A DNA stretch of 64,000 nt from Pyrodictiaceae archaeon (GCA_027036135.1 JALVSY010000007.1:388880-452879), one strand, 5' to 3'; shown: positions 39,370-50,046, counted from the first letter of the stretch. The notes: generated from the letters alone by a model not told the origin. Made by a program: numbers and translations.

Positions 39370-39723
39370 TTGTCTAACGAGAGCATTATTAGGTCTATTG
39401 AGCGTTGTCTTTCCTATAGTCTTCAAGATTCCTCGATAGCTCTTAGGAATAATTGCGATAAACCTGTAAACATAAAAGCTATTGAGATAGAATATTATAT
39501 ATACATTCATCGTGCGTCAGCGGCCCAGTCGAGCGAGAAGGTTGAACTCGGGCATCTCCGTAGAAGAGTTGTTGAAAGAATAAGTATAGAACAATCTATT
39601 GAACCTGGTTCTGTTCTAAACATATACTTTGGTGCGCTAAAGAATATCGAGAATGTATTCGCAATAATAGAGTATGATGACAAGGAGTATAAAATTAGGG
39701 TAAGTCAAGAGAAGCAAAGCTAG
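39370..39723 (+). CDS. Hypothetical beta-rich protein
   Basis: 117-aa ORF, GGAGG SD, TTTTAAA TATA upstream. Confidence 0.7.
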   Translation: MSNESIIRSIERCLSYSLQDSSIALRNNCDKPVNIKAIEIEYYIYIHRASAAQSSEKVELGHLRRRVVERISIEQSIEPGSVLNIYFGALKNIENVFAIIEYDDKEYKIRVSQEKQS

Positions 39724-39776
39724 TACTTTATGGCAAGGATAACAATAGTTGCAGCAGCCATGGCAAAAACTAGTGA

Positions 39777-40400
39777 TTAGTGCCCTGTGTATCTTATTGC
39801 TTCTAGTATTCCTGTTCTTATCATAGATATAGCTATTGCTGCGAGCATCATTGACATTATTTTTGATAATGCTAGTGCCCCGTTTTCTCCCATGACTTTT
39901 AGCATTTTGCCACTATTTGTCAGCATAATATATGTAATAGCTATATTGGCAACTATGCTTATCAATGAGTACAATAATCCATAAATGGCCTTTATGTATA
40001 GCACGGTCGCGATTGCTGCAGGACCAGCTAGTAAAGGAGTTGCTAGAGGTACTATAGCTATTGCCTCTGCCTCCTCTGGATGCCTTATGCCGGCGGCCTC
40101 GGTCCATCCAAGTATTCCTGCAATGCCATAGATTAGTAATATTATTCCACCTGCTATTCTGAAATCAGCAAGCGTTAGTCCAAAATAATAGAGAATTAAG
40201 TCACCAATGAGAGCGAATAATAGTAGGATTAACGATGCAATTTCACAACTATTTTTGACAATTTTCTCCCTCTTCTCATCAGAAAGCATTGTGGTTAGGC
40301 TATAAAATAATGGAGCATTTCCTAGGGGGTCGATTGCTATAAATAGAATTGTTACCGAGTGAATGAGGAACGTTATATTTATGTCAATGTTTGGCAACAC
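39777..40400 (-). CDS. MarC-family membrane protein
   Basis: IDPLGNAP, FRIAGGIILL, VPLATPLLAGPAAI. Confidence 0.92.
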   Translation of the reverse strand: MLPNIDINITFLIHSVTILFIAIDPLGNAPLFYSLTTMLSDEKREKIVKNSCEIASLILLLFALIGDLILYYFGLTLADFRIAGGIILLIYGIAGILGWTEAAGIRHPEEAEAIAIVPLATPLLAGPAAIATVLYIKAIYGLLYSLISIVANIAITYIMLTNSGKMLKVMGENGALALSKIMSMMLAAIAISMIRTGILEAIRYTGH

Positions 40401-40728
40401 GTTGGGCGTACCTCTCTAGTATCTCCGCTATTTTCGCTATTATCTCGCTTCGACATTTATCCATGCACTCACTAGTACATTTAGGATCATCTCCGCAACT
40501 CGAATTACACGACACTTTGCAGCGTCTATCTATCGGTACAAGTGCATATATTCTCTTCTTTGGATCAAGCAATGCTACACTTAACGCGAGATTCACGCCA
40601 GCTTCACGAATTACTTCAATTACGGTGCTGTGCTTATCTAAGTCATCCTCATATATAAAGCCTCCATAATATCGTAGCGCACTAGCTATTCTTCTCGCTA
40701 GCAGGGTCTTCTCCTCCGTATTTGTCAT
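40384..40728 (-). CDS. Hypothetical protein with C-terminal twin CX3CX3C motif
   Basis: CKVSCNSSC-GDDPK-CTSECMDKC. Confidence 0.75.
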   Translation of the reverse strand: MTNTEEKTLLARRIASALRYYGGFIYEDDLDKHSTVIEVIREAGVNLALSVALLDPKKRIYALVPIDRRCKVSCNSSCGDDPKCTSECMDKCRSEIIAKIAEILERYAQRVAKH

Positions 40729-40814
40729 CTTAACCCCCTATTGGCGCATGAAGGCAGGGGCCTAAAAATAAATACGTAAATACGATTAGGTATGTTTTAG
40801 GGCTATCTTTTAAC

Positions 40815-41003
40815 TTGGGGTGTAGAAGGATAAACGTAGCAATACTTGCCTCCGCTTTACTACTAATCATAGGTATATTAATATTTGATAAACTTGTCGA
40901 GATGGAAGGAGCTAGGCATAAATATATAGCAATCACTAATTATTTAGCACTAAGCATTGCCGTCACATCGCTATTAGTATTTTTGTTAAGGAGTTGTGCA
41001 TGA
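40815..41003 (+). CDS. Small membrane protein (uncertain)
   Basis: Two hydrophobic helices in 62 aa. Confidence 0.4.
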   Translation: MGCRRINVAILASALLLIIGILIFDKLVEMEGARHKYIAITNYLALSIAVTSLLVFLLRSCA

Positions 41004-41087
41004 GAATGTCTTCACCCGTAGCTATTATTTAGGATTATTCTAGCGTTTTTCTAGGGGACTTGGTGGATACCCAAGTGGTGTTGAGTA

Positions 41088-41372
41088 GTGGTTAAGCCGG
41101 GCTACGAGAAGATACATGTCGCGCATCTTGAAGGATTAGTGGCGCTGGGTAAGGCTAAGAGATACTGGTGGGAGAAATGTAATGTCCCTAATATGGTAAG
41201 ATTTTACGTTGAAACAAAAGATGGTAAAATATATGAGACAAAGTGCATTGATGAGAGAGGTGCTAAGAAGGTAATAACTTACCTGGGTATAGCCTTGAAG
41301 CTGAGTAAAGACATCGTCCTCGATATAGAAGTCAACAAGGATGAAGTCTTTATCCCTGAAGATGAGGGCTAG
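41088..41372 (+). CDS. Conserved hypothetical protein
   Basis: 94-aa ORF with GGTG SD. Confidence 0.75.
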   Translation: MVKPGYEKIHVAHLEGLVALGKAKRYWWEKCNVPNMVRFYVETKDGKIYETKCIDERGAKKVITYLGIALKLSKDIVLDIEVNKDEVFIPEDEG

Positions 41373-41483
41373 GATAAGCTACAGTGGGATACAAGGTAAT
41401 TTTAACAGCAAGTTAATTAGGATGCTTCGTGCTTGCAACATTTGGTGCCTTGGGTAAATGGCTAGGTGTAAGCAGTTATAGGG

Positions 41484-41825
41484 GTGAATAACATGGGTAA
41501 GCGAATGAGGATGACGTTGCCTAAGAAAGAAGAAGATTTACAAAAAGTAGTGGAAGAAGTAGAAGAGACACATCATGATCATCATCATCACGAGCATGTA
41601 GAGGGACTTGACGAGATTCTTCACACCATTGACGTATTAATGGATGTTATGAATACGCGTATTACTGATTTAGAGGAGAAGGTCGAATTTCTTAGGGACG
41701 AGATAATTAACTTATACAAGCTCTTTGGTGCAGTAGTTGAGGCGCTGACGAGCCAGAGCGAGGAGGAGCGTAAGGCTGCTATAAACAAGGCTTATGAAAT
41801 ACTGAGCAAGTCTTTAAAGAAATAA
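41484..41825 (+). CDS. His-rich coiled-coil protein
   Basis: HHDHHHHEH followed by heptad repeats. Confidence 0.8.
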   Translation: MNNMGKRMRMTLPKKEEDLQKVVEEVEETHHDHHHHEHVEGLDEILHTIDVLMDVMNTRITDLEEKVEFLRDEIINLYKLFGAVVEALTSQSEEERKAAINKAYEILSKSLKK

Positions 41826-41889
41826 CTTGATTATATGGTTAATTAAGAAACCATGATATATTTTCGCTAAACGTTTCTTTGAGATATGG

Positions 41890-42921
41890 CTATTCTCTGT
41901 ACATAAATGTTTTAGACTCTGCAACGCCTACTACTATTGCATCCAGGGTCTCTCCGCCTAGGATTATCTTTGCCTTAATACCTTGTACAACTACTTTGCC
42001 TCCTTCAAATAATAAGGGAACATATATACCGTCGTAAGAGACTATGTGTTCATTGCTTGTCTCAACTAAGCCGGGGTAATCACCTGCACTTATCTGATAG
42101 GGTTCAATGTATACTTCTTTTCTCACAACCTTATTAGTTAGCACAAATATCCTCGTCTCTGGTTTTAGCCGGGAGCTAACATTTACAAGTGATATACTTA
42201 TATCTGTTGTACCTATTCGCAATCGTTGCCATTTTCGCAACGCTTTTCTCAAGATCTCGGTACCTATGTCTCTCCATTTTGCTTCCCGTGCTATGTATTG
42301 AGGCGTTAGCGCCGATTGTAGTTTATTAGGCGAAGACGTGTAGAAGCTCTCTACGAGCTCTATGGTCCTCTTATAGCAGCTGGAGGTATCTATGCGGAAA
42401 ACTATATCGATATCAGAGAACTCTCTAAAGGAGCCTAGCAGTAGGGAGCCCGTAGGCCATATGCACTCATTTAGTGCATTTATTTCTAGTAAGCCTATTT
42501 CTTCAACTAGATAGCTAATGATATTTGACCACTTGTAGTTGCTGTACTTATCTAATTTACTTATATCTCTTATTGGATCTATGTTGCTGCCGGAGCAAAG
42601 ATATATGTGAGTCATATTGCTGGACACGGCCTCTACTGGTATCGGTACTCCATAGTGAGGACTATACTTAACTATAGTATAGGTCAATGTGCTCTTTACT
42701 GCCTTTGGTGCATATAATTCTATAAGACGATGTAATGAGCCAAGGTACTTTGTACTCCACGGTCCTCTGCTCAATGCTCTATACTTTGGTATAACAAGGT
42801 ACTCATTATCTATTATTTTCCTAACTACTACTGAGATGAGTCCTTTTTCTTCGTTAATTACAAGGTCGTTGGGCAATACCTCGTTAGTGGGTCTACCGCA
42901 CCAGTTTGGTACTGATAGCAT
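41890..42921 (-). CDS. Nucleotidyltransferase-domain protein (COG1665-like, divergent)
   Basis: PTGSLLLG...SDIDIV motif. Confidence 0.7.
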   Translation of the reverse strand: MLSVPNWCGRPTNEVLPNDLVINEEKGLISVVVRKIIDNEYLVIPKYRALSRGPWSTKYLGSLHRLIELYAPKAVKSTLTYTIVKYSPHYGVPIPVEAVSSNMTHIYLCSGSNIDPIRDISKLDKYSNYKWSNIISYLVEEIGLLEINALNECIWPTGSLLLGSFREFSDIDIVFRIDTSSCYKRTIELVESFYTSSPNKLQSALTPQYIAREAKWRDIGTEILRKALRKWQRLRIGTTDISISLVNVSSRLKPETRIFVLTNKVVRKEVYIEPYQISAGDYPGLVETSNEHIVSYDGIYVPLLFEGGKVVVQGIKAKIILGGETLDAIVVGVAESKTFMYRE

Positions 42922-43026
42922 GGTCTTGCGCCGTGGATAGATATTATTTATAGGAGCAGAACTCCGGGCACGGCCTCGACATGTTGTATCGCGTAGAGCC
43001 TTATGAGATGAGGGAATTTACGCAAA

Positions 43027-43104
43027 TGGCGGGCCCGCGGGGATTTGAACCCCGGACTACCGGCTCCGCAGGCCGGCGTCCTATCCTGGCTAGACTACGG
43101 GCCC
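43027..43104 (-). tRNA. tRNA-Arg(GCG), intronless, CCA encoded
   Basis: GGGCCCG acceptor stem, anticodon arm CCGGC-CTGCGGA-GCCGG, GGTTCAAATCC T-arm, 3' GCCA. Confidence 0.97.
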
Positions 43105-43245
43105 TCCTTAGGCCCGTGTTCATAGTTTTCTATCTCCTTTTTGCCTTTAAAAGCCTTGTTTGAATCCCGTTTCATAGAGCTAATGTCTAAGTGCTCTTAT
43201 ACGGTGTTACATAAAGATAGTATGAAATACGGGTGTTTCCAGTAC

Positions 43246-46179
43246 ATGCCTGCTAAGAAACGGAAAAGGCCTAGCGATGGTACGAGAAGTCTCCTATTCT
43301 ATTTAAAGAATTTGAAGAATTCTGAGGGCATTAGCGTTAATGAGAGGCAACATGGCTCGGAACACAAGCGTATAGATAGTGGTAACGATACAATAGATGA
43401 GGCTCTAAGGCAGAGGGAGGAGTATTTTGAAGAGTTATTAAAAGAATTAAGGAGAAAAAGTGTTGCTTCTTCGCAGAGTACTGTTGGTATTGAAATGAGT
43501 GTTGAAAGGAATACTGGGATTGGAAAAGACTTGGTAATTACGGATACTGAGAAAGGAAATCAGGTAGAAAGCAAAGCAGTGATTCCAGCGGCTACTTTGC
43601 TTAAGTCACTTCAGGGAGGGGGCGTTAAGGAGCTTGAAAAACTAGGGGATAAGCCGCTGGTGAGGTTTCCAAAAGAGGCGGAGAATGGAGATGAAGGATT
43701 TCTTTTGCAGACGTTCTATGATGGAGATAAAGAAGTTGCCGTTGCTAAACTTTACGATGATTCAACCGGAGAAATAATTTTATACCACGATAAGACGGGG
43801 TATAGGCCTTACTTCTTAACAGATATTCCCCCTGATAAGTTGCGTGAAATACCTGAAGTGGTTAGACATAAAGGATTTGAACGTGTTGAAGTAGTGGAGA
43901 AATTTGATCTCCTGCGTTGGCAGAAGAAGAGAGTTACTAAGATAGTTGTAAAGACTCCGGATGTTGTGAGAATATTAAGGGATAAGGTTCCACGTGCATG
44001 GGAAGCTAACATAAAGTTTCATCATAACTACATATATGATTATGGATTAATACCTGGAATGAAATATAGAGTCATCAATAATCGTCTCGAGCAAGCTGGC
44101 GATGTAATTGCCGAGGACAACAAGATAAGAGAAGTCTTTAGAGACGAAGACAAAGAAACTATAGAACTGGCAGTAAAGTGGCTACCCATATTTGAGGCAT
44201 CCCCACCCAAGCCTCGCCGAGTCGCGGTCGACATCGAGGTATTTACTCCCTTCAAAGGTAGAGTACCTGATCCCAAGACGGCTGCATATCCTATTATTAG
44301 CGTAGCATTTGCTTTCGAGGACGGTAGTCAAGCTGTATTCGTTCTTGCACGTCCTGGTCTCCAGCCAGGGGTTTTAAGAGATAGACTACCTGAGAGAATT
44401 CACATAGAAATATTTGATGATGAAAGATCCTTAATTCTTGAAACGTTTCGTATATTGTCTAACTATCCTATAGTTATAAGCTTTAATGGCGATCACTTCG
44501 ACTTTCCCTACCTATATATGCGTGCTCTTCGCCTCGGTATCGATAGGGATTATATACCGTTTCGCATAACTAGGAACTACGTTTCGTTAAAATATGGTGT
44601 ACATATTGATTTATACCAGTTTTTCAACATAAAGGCTATACAGGCATATGCGTTTGGTAATGCTTACAAAGAGTTCACGCTTGATGCTATAGCCTCTGCA
44701 CTGCTTGGCGAGCACAAGGTAGAAGTAGAGTCATCTATAAGTGACCTCTCTATGCTTGAGCTAATACGCTATAATGCTAGAGATGCTTACCTTACGCTTA
44801 AACTAACTAGCTTTAATAGCAACTTAGTATGGACACTAATAATCCTGCTCATGCGAATATCGAAGCTGCCTATCGAGGATGTAACCCGCAGTCAAGTATC
44901 AGCATGGATTAAGAGCCTATTTTATTGGGAGCATCGAAGAAGGGGCTATCTTATACCAACGCGAGAAGAAATAATAAAGCTAAAGGGTGGAACTAAATCA
45001 GAGGCTATTATTAAGGGTAAGAAGTATCAAGGAGCAATAGTTCTTGACCCCGCTAGTGGGGTGTTCTTTAATGTTGTTGTGCTAGATTTTGCGAGTCTAT
45101 ACCCAAGCATTATTAAGCAATGGAATCTAAGCTATGAGACAGTAAACCCAGTTTACTGTCCGGGTTCAAGGCTGGTTGAGGTTCCGGGAGTTGGGCATAA
45201 AGTATGCATGAGTATACGTGGATTAACTTCGCAAATAGTAGGTTTGCTAAGAGATTATCGTGTAAGGATATATAAGAAGAAGGCTAAATCAAGGGAGCTT
45301 CCCAAGGAAAAAAGAGAATGGTACAATACCGTCCAAGCCGCTATGAAAGTATACATAAACGCCAGCTACGGGGTCTTCGGGGCGCCTTCATTTCCTCTAT
45401 ATGCACCTCCTGTAGCTGAAAGTGTTACCGCCATAGGGCGCTATACGATTAAGCAGACGTTAGAGAAAGCCTCAGAACTAGGTCTTCGCGTGCTGTATGG
45501 CGATACTGATTCCCTATTCCTATGGAACCCCGATAAAAATAGCCTAAGAGAGCTCCAAGACTATGTGGAAGAAAACTTCGGGCTTGACCTCGAGGTCGAT
45601 AAAGTCTATAGATTTGTAACATTTAGTGGATTAAAGAAAAACTATATAGGTGTTTACGAGGATGGAAGTGTTGATGTTAAAGGCCTTGTCGCAAAGAAGC
45701 GAAATACCCCTGAATTCCTTAAGAAGGAATTTGCCGAAATAATAAAAGTAATAAGCTCAGTGCGGTCTGCCGAGGAGTTCATCAAGGTACGTAACTATAT
45801 TAGGGAGAGGCTAAGGCTGATGTACAGAGGCCTTCGTGACCTAGAGTATAACTTAGATGAACTCGCTATTAAGATGGCTCTTAATAAACATGTAAATGAA
45901 TATACAAAGAATACTCCTCAACATGTTAAGGCAGCTCGTCAACTTCTTCAAGTAGGTGTCCAAGTTCTTCCGGGTGATATTATCTCCTTTGTCAAGGTTA
46001 AAGGAAAGGAGGGAGTAAAGCCAGTACAATTAGCCCGATTAACGGAGGTTGATATTGAGAAGTATATTGATAGTATGAAGAGCGTGTTCGAACAACTTCT
46101 ATCAGCTATAAATATGGGTTGGGATGAGATAATTGGTGCATCAAGGCTTGAAGCGTTTTTTGCGCCAAGAGCCAGATAG
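43246..46179 (+). CDS. polB1: DNA polymerase B1 (likely ATG 43246) with long N-terminal extension
   Basis: AWEANIKFHHNYIYD, VDIEV, DFASLYPSII, KVYINASYGVFG, YGDTDS, KKNY. Confidence 0.95.
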   Translation: MPAKKRKRPSDGTRSLLFYLKNLKNSEGISVNERQHGSEHKRIDSGNDTIDEALRQREEYFEELLKELRRKSVASSQSTVGIEMSVERNTGIGKDLVITDTEKGNQVESKAVIPAATLLKSLQGGGVKELEKLGDKPLVRFPKEAENGDEGFLLQTFYDGDKEVAVAKLYDDSTGEIILYHDKTGYRPYFLTDIPPDKLREIPEVVRHKGFERVEVVEKFDLLRWQKKRVTKIVVKTPDVVRILRDKVPRAWEANIKFHHNYIYDYGLIPGMKYRVINNRLEQAGDVIAEDNKIREVFRDEDKETIELAVKWLPIFEASPPKPRRVAVDIEVFTPFKGRVPDPKTAAYPIISVAFAFEDGSQAVFVLARPGLQPGVLRDRLPERIHIEIFDDERSLILETFRILSNYPIVISFNGDHFDFPYLYMRALRLGIDRDYIPFRITRNYVSLKYGVHIDLYQFFNIKAIQAYAFGNAYKEFTLDAIASALLGEHKVEVESSISDLSMLELIRYNARDAYLTLKLTSFNSNLVWTLIILLMRISKLPIEDVTRSQVSAWIKSLFYWEHRRRGYLIPTREEIIKLKGGTKSEAIIKGKKYQGAIVLDPASGVFFNVVVLDFASLYPSIIKQWNLSYETVNPVYCPGSRLVEVPGVGHKVCMSIRGLTSQIVGLLRDYRVRIYKKKAKSRELPKEKREWYNTVQAAMKVYINASYGVFGAPSFPLYAPPVAESVTAIGRYTIKQTLEKASELGLRVLYGDTDSLFLWNPDKNSLRELQDYVEENFGLDLEVDKVYRFVTFSGLKKNYIGVYEDGSVDVKGLVAKKRNTPEFLKKEFAEIIKVISSVRSAEEFIKVRNYIRERLRLMYRGLRDLEYNLDELAIKMALNKHVNEYTKNTPQHVKAARQLLQVGVQVLPGDIISFVKVKGKEGVKPVQLARLTEVDIEKYIDSMKSVFEQLLSAINMGWDEIIGASRLEAFFAPRAR

Positions 46180-46201
46180 TCATCTAGTCATAATATATCA
46201 G

Positions 46202-46738
46202 CTATTTACTCTTCTTTCGTCTCCTTCGGCTCTTCTTCGGTTTTTGCTCTTCTAGCTCTTCTAATCCCTCTTCAAGTCTTCTTAGCTCCTCCTCTCCTAA
46301 TGCTAATTCCCCGCCTTCTTGTTGTATTTTCTTCGGCTCCTTAGTAGCGTCTATGAGGTAGTCCTCAAGCTGTTTTACTTCATTGTCATCTATGTATGGT
46401 GCTATTATGTACATACGTCTATCTAGGTATGAGTCCCCTAGCCACGCATTGTCAAAACTTATTGTAAGTACGGGTATATTTACTACAAGTTCGTTACCTT
46501 CTCTAAACATTTCTAGGTTGAGCTCTTGGAGAGTGTCGTATAGCTCTGGATTTATAGGTAGCTTGTACCTGACTTCGAACTTTGTCCGTATAGCAGTAAA
46601 GTCGCTATTCTCGGGATTCCACTCTTCAAGGGCTTTTTTAGCTATGTTCTTTGCTACTTCGCTATAGGGCTCATCTAGTATATCTTTTTGGGTAATTTTC
46701 CCCTCGTCTGAGCGTAGCACTACTACCTTTATCATCAA
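46202..46738 (-). CDS. Conserved crenarchaeal protein (DUF2286-like)
   Basis: ALEEWNPENSDF...PVLTISFDNAW; basic tail. Confidence 0.75.
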   Translation of the reverse strand: MMIKVVVLRSDEGKITQKDILDEPYSEVAKNIAKKALEEWNPENSDFTAIRTKFEVRYKLPINPELYDTLQELNLEMFREGNELVVNIPVLTISFDNAWLGDSYLDRRMYIIAPYIDDNEVKQLEDYLIDATKEPKKIQQEGGELALGEEELRRLEEGLEELEEQKPKKSRRRRKKSK

Positions 46739-46779
46739 TCACCATGATATAGAGGCTTCTATTAGGCTATTTTTAAATT

Positions 46780-47292
46780 TTAAGTTTCATTTGCTGAGTC
46801 AGAAAAGCCCCTAACATAGACGTATATGTTGTGCGAAACTCTACCATCATTTATCGTTGAAAAGATTATTGGATTCCATTTAGTTATTCTGAATTCGTGA
46901 GAAACTATTCGCGCCCCCTTCTTTAGCTCTGTCCGGAACTTTTCTGCAAGTGCATCATTTACGCTCGTTAGCAAGAAGAGTGTAACTATGGTAGCTTCGC
47001 TAATATTTATATTAAACATATCATTATTAATAACTATTACTTTATTTTCAAGATTTAACGCTTTAATGTTCTCTTTAGCTTTTTTGGCTAATTCTTTCCT
47101 AATCTCTATGCATACAGCTTTACGGACACCAAACTCTCGAACAGCTATAATCGGTATTCGTCCGTCACCACAGCCTAAATCATAAACTATATCGTCATTA
47201 CTAGCATTGACTAGCTCTAGCATCTTACGTGCAACAGGTAAGGGTGTAGGCACAAAAGGGACGAGTATAGTCATATGATACCATGCACCCAA
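46780..47292 (-). CDS. Protein-lysine N-methyltransferase (aKMT-like)
   Basis: VPFVPTP, YDLGCGDGRI, TLFLLTSVN, RIVSHEF. Confidence 0.85.
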   Translation of the reverse strand: MGAWYHMTILVPFVPTPLPVARKMLELVNASNDDIVYDLGCGDGRIPIIAVREFGVRKAVCIEIRKELAKKAKENIKALNLENKVIVINNDMFNINISEATIVTLFLLTSVNDALAEKFRTELKKGARIVSHEFRITKWNPIIFSTINDGRVSHNIYVYVRGFSDSANET

Positions 47293-47336
47293 ATAAATTA
47301 TACATTATAAACTTAAGGGAAATGTATTATAATCCT

Positions 47337-47651
47337 TTACTGTAGTTCCTCGAGCCTTTTCATCACTTCCTTCTTTGCTAACTCTAGGCTTGGCTGCAGA
47401 TTTTCATCAAGGGGCATTCTGGATAGGAGGAGTTTTATTTCACCATTATCCAGTTCCACTAGTAACTGCGGGAGCCACGCCATACCAAGGTCATCTGTGT
47501 CACCGTGCTCAACTAGAAGCACATAGTCTTCTATTCTAACCTCTTTATCAAGACTTTTCTCATTAGCTACTTCTTCGAGTAGTTGTATCCAGAGCTTATG
47601 TTGAGGATGATGTGGTGCTGTAACTAATATTAATTTGCGAGGTTTTGCCAC
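47337..47651 (-). CDS. Conserved hypothetical protein
   Basis: TAPHHPQH, HGDTDDLGMAWLPQL. Confidence 0.8.
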   Translation of the reverse strand: MAKPRKLILVTAPHHPQHKLWIQLLEEVANEKSLDKEVRIEDYVLLVEHGDTDDLGMAWLPQLLVELDNGEIKLLLSRMPLDENLQPSLELAKKEVMKRLEELQ

Positions 47652-47872
47652 GGCTCTTTTTCACCAGGCACAAGCTCCGTGATGAGGAGCTTATATGTTC
47701 TCTTGCTCCACCTTTCTACGAGGCCTCTTCTCTTCATCTCTGCTAATATACGGCCAGCAGTTTTTGTTGATACTCCTAAGAGTCTTGCCAATTGATCGAC
47801 AGATATGTAGACGAGACCTAACGCTACGAGTGTTGAGGCGAGTTTCTCTACTTGTAGCCTTATCTGCGGCAA
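47630..47872 (-). CDS. Small winged-helix protein
   Basis: QLARLLGVSTKTAGRILAEMKRRGLVERWS. Confidence 0.75.
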   Translation of the reverse strand: MPQIRLQVEKLASTLVALGLVYISVDQLARLLGVSTKTAGRILAEMKRRGLVERWSKRTYKLLITELVPGEKEPWQNLAN

Positions 47873-48013
47873 AGCTTTGCCCCATGTATGTGTCTAGTGA
47901 TTGTAGCCTATGGCGAGGTGAGAGCCGGGCGAAGATATTCGGTATATTGGCGGAAAAAGCAAAAAAGAACACACACTTAGCTCCAAGGAATTAATGGGGG
48001 ATGTAGTAGCGCC

Positions 48014-49585
48014 GTGAGTATAGTAAATGAGGCTATTACGCCAATCTATGTACCTGATACTAGTGTCTTAATAGAGGGAATAGTCTCTAGGCTTGTAGAA
48101 GAAGGCAGAATAAGCGGTAAGATAATAATACATAGGGCGGTGTTATCTGAGCTAGAGAACCAGGCTAATCAAGGCAGAGCTACTGGTTACGCAGGGCTTG
48201 AGGAGGTAAAGAAGCTCCGCGAACTTGCGCGCCGAGGTAGAATAGAGCTCGAGATAGCAGGTGCCCGACCGTCGCCCAGCGAGATACGATTAGCAAAGAG
48301 CGGTACTATAGACGCCTTAATACGCGACTACGCTTACGAGGTTGGAGCTACTCTAATAACCTCTGATAGAGTTCAAGCTCTGGTAGCTGAGGCAATGGGA
48401 ATGAGTGTAATCTATATTCCTCCTAGGGTAACTAGTCTAGAGCAACTACGCATAGAGAAACTATTTGACGAGAACACAATGAGTATTCATATCAAGGAAG
48501 GCGCGCCAATAGTTGCAAAGAAAGGCACACCCGGTAACTGGGTCCTAGTCGAACTCACGTCTTCGCCGCTAAGCAGGGAGCAGGTAGAGGAAATTGCTAG
48601 GGAAATCGTAGAGGCGGCGAGAAGACGCCAAGATGGATTCATCGAGATAGATAGAGAAGGTTCTACTATCATACAGCTAGGAAGCTTTAGAATAGTTATA
48701 ACGCGGCCGCCTCTAAGCGAAGGCTGGGAAATAACAGCTGTAAGACCTGTTAAGAAGCTACGGCTCGAGGATTATAAGCTACCAACAAAACTACTCCATA
48801 GGCTCGAGTCAAAAGCAGAAGGTATATTAATAGCAGGCGCGCCAGGTATGGGTAAAACAACGTTTGCACAAGCCCTAGCCGAGTACTATGCATCCAAGGG
48901 CAAGGTCGTAAAAACCATAGAATCGCCTCGGGATATGAAGCTACCACCGCAAATAACCCAGTACTCAAAGAGCTTTGCACAACTAGGTGAACTTCACGAT
49001 ATACTCCTCCTAAGCAGACCCGACTACACGGTATTTGATGAGCTACGTACAGACGAGGACTTCAAACTATACATAGACCTTAGACTCGCAGGAATAGGTA
49101 TGATAGGAGTCGTTCATGCAACTTCGCCCATTGATGCTATTCAGCGCTTTATACGAAGAGTAGACATAGGTATACTTCCAAGCATAATTGATACAGTAAT
49201 ATTTATCGATAAAGGCACTGTTGATAAAGTTTATGGTTTAAGAATGACTGTAAAGCTTCCTACGGGCCTCCGAGAAGCTGAGCTAGCTCGTCCAGTCGTC
49301 GAGGTACGTAATGTCTTAACCGATGAACTTGAGTACGAGATCTATACATTTGGGGAACAAACAGTAGTCGTGCCAGTAAAGACTGTACAAGCTCCTATGC
49401 AAGGAGATAAAATAAGACGAATAATAGAACGAATAATACCGGGAGCGCAGGTAGACATACACGATAACGTAGTGGTAGTCAATGTCCCAAGGTTAGCAGC
49501 AAGAACTTTAATGAAGAAGATGAAAAAGATAAGAAAACTCGAAGAAAAATACGGCGTCACAATACGAGTAAACATGATTGGGTAG
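48014..49585 (+). CDS. PINA: PIN-domain ATPase with KH domain
   Basis: PDTSVLIEG PIN motif, GAPGMGKTT, ESPRD, RPDY..FDELR, GMIGVVHA. Confidence 0.92.
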   Translation: MSIVNEAITPIYVPDTSVLIEGIVSRLVEEGRISGKIIIHRAVLSELENQANQGRATGYAGLEEVKKLRELARRGRIELEIAGARPSPSEIRLAKSGTIDALIRDYAYEVGATLITSDRVQALVAEAMGMSVIYIPPRVTSLEQLRIEKLFDENTMSIHIKEGAPIVAKKGTPGNWVLVELTSSPLSREQVEEIAREIVEAARRRQDGFIEIDREGSTIIQLGSFRIVITRPPLSEGWEITAVRPVKKLRLEDYKLPTKLLHRLESKAEGILIAGAPGMGKTTFAQALAEYYASKGKVVKTIESPRDMKLPPQITQYSKSFAQLGELHDILLLSRPDYTVFDELRTDEDFKLYIDLRLAGIGMIGVVHATSPIDAIQRFIRRVDIGILPSIIDTVIFIDKGTVDKVYGLRMTVKLPTGLREAELARPVVEVRNVLTDELEYEIYTFGEQTVVVPVKTVQAPMQGDKIRRIIERIIPGAQVDIHDNVVVVNVPRLAARTLMKKMKKIRKLEEKYGVTIRVNMIG

Positions 49586-49593
49586 AGGACACA

Positions 49594-50046
49594 GTGCCGA
49601 GGAATCGGCGAAGAGGCTTCCAAGCAGAAAGAGAACTAGTGAAAAAACTATGGGACCACGGCTTTGCAGTAATAAGGGCACCAGCCAGCGGCTCCGGTGC
49701 ACGTAGAATTTTCTACCCAGATATTGTCGCAATATATCATGGCAAAATATTTGTCATAGAGGTAAAGTATCGTTCATCCAATGACCCTATCTATATGAGT
49801 AAGGATAAGATAGATAAACTACTAGATTTCGCCAAACGTGCTAATGCCCGAGTATTTATCGCAATAAAGATTAGGAGCAGAGGCTGGTACTTAGCACCGC
49901 TTATGGAAGCATGTGTCGCAACTCTTCAAGGCTGCAAAATAGAAATTAATGATAATAGTATTATATCTTTAGAAGATTTTATAAACAGGATTACAAATGA
50001 TAGTTTAGATAAATATATTAGTAGCAACGCTTTATCAGCCGGATAA
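49594..50046 (+). CDS. hjc: Holliday junction resolvase Hjc
   Basis: GFQAERELV, RAPASGS, PDIVA, IEVK. Confidence 0.92.
   Translation: MPRNRRRGFQAERELVKKLWDHGFAVIRAPASGSGARRIFYPDIVAIYHGKIFVIEVKYRSSNDPIYMSKDKIDKLLDFAKRANARVFIAIKIRSRGWYLAPLMEACVATLQGCKIEINDNSIISLEDFINRITNDSLDKYISSNALSAG

Noticed and set aside
42900-43200. tRNA-Arg as an integration site
   Set aside because: No integrase and no duplicated tRNA 3' end in the window
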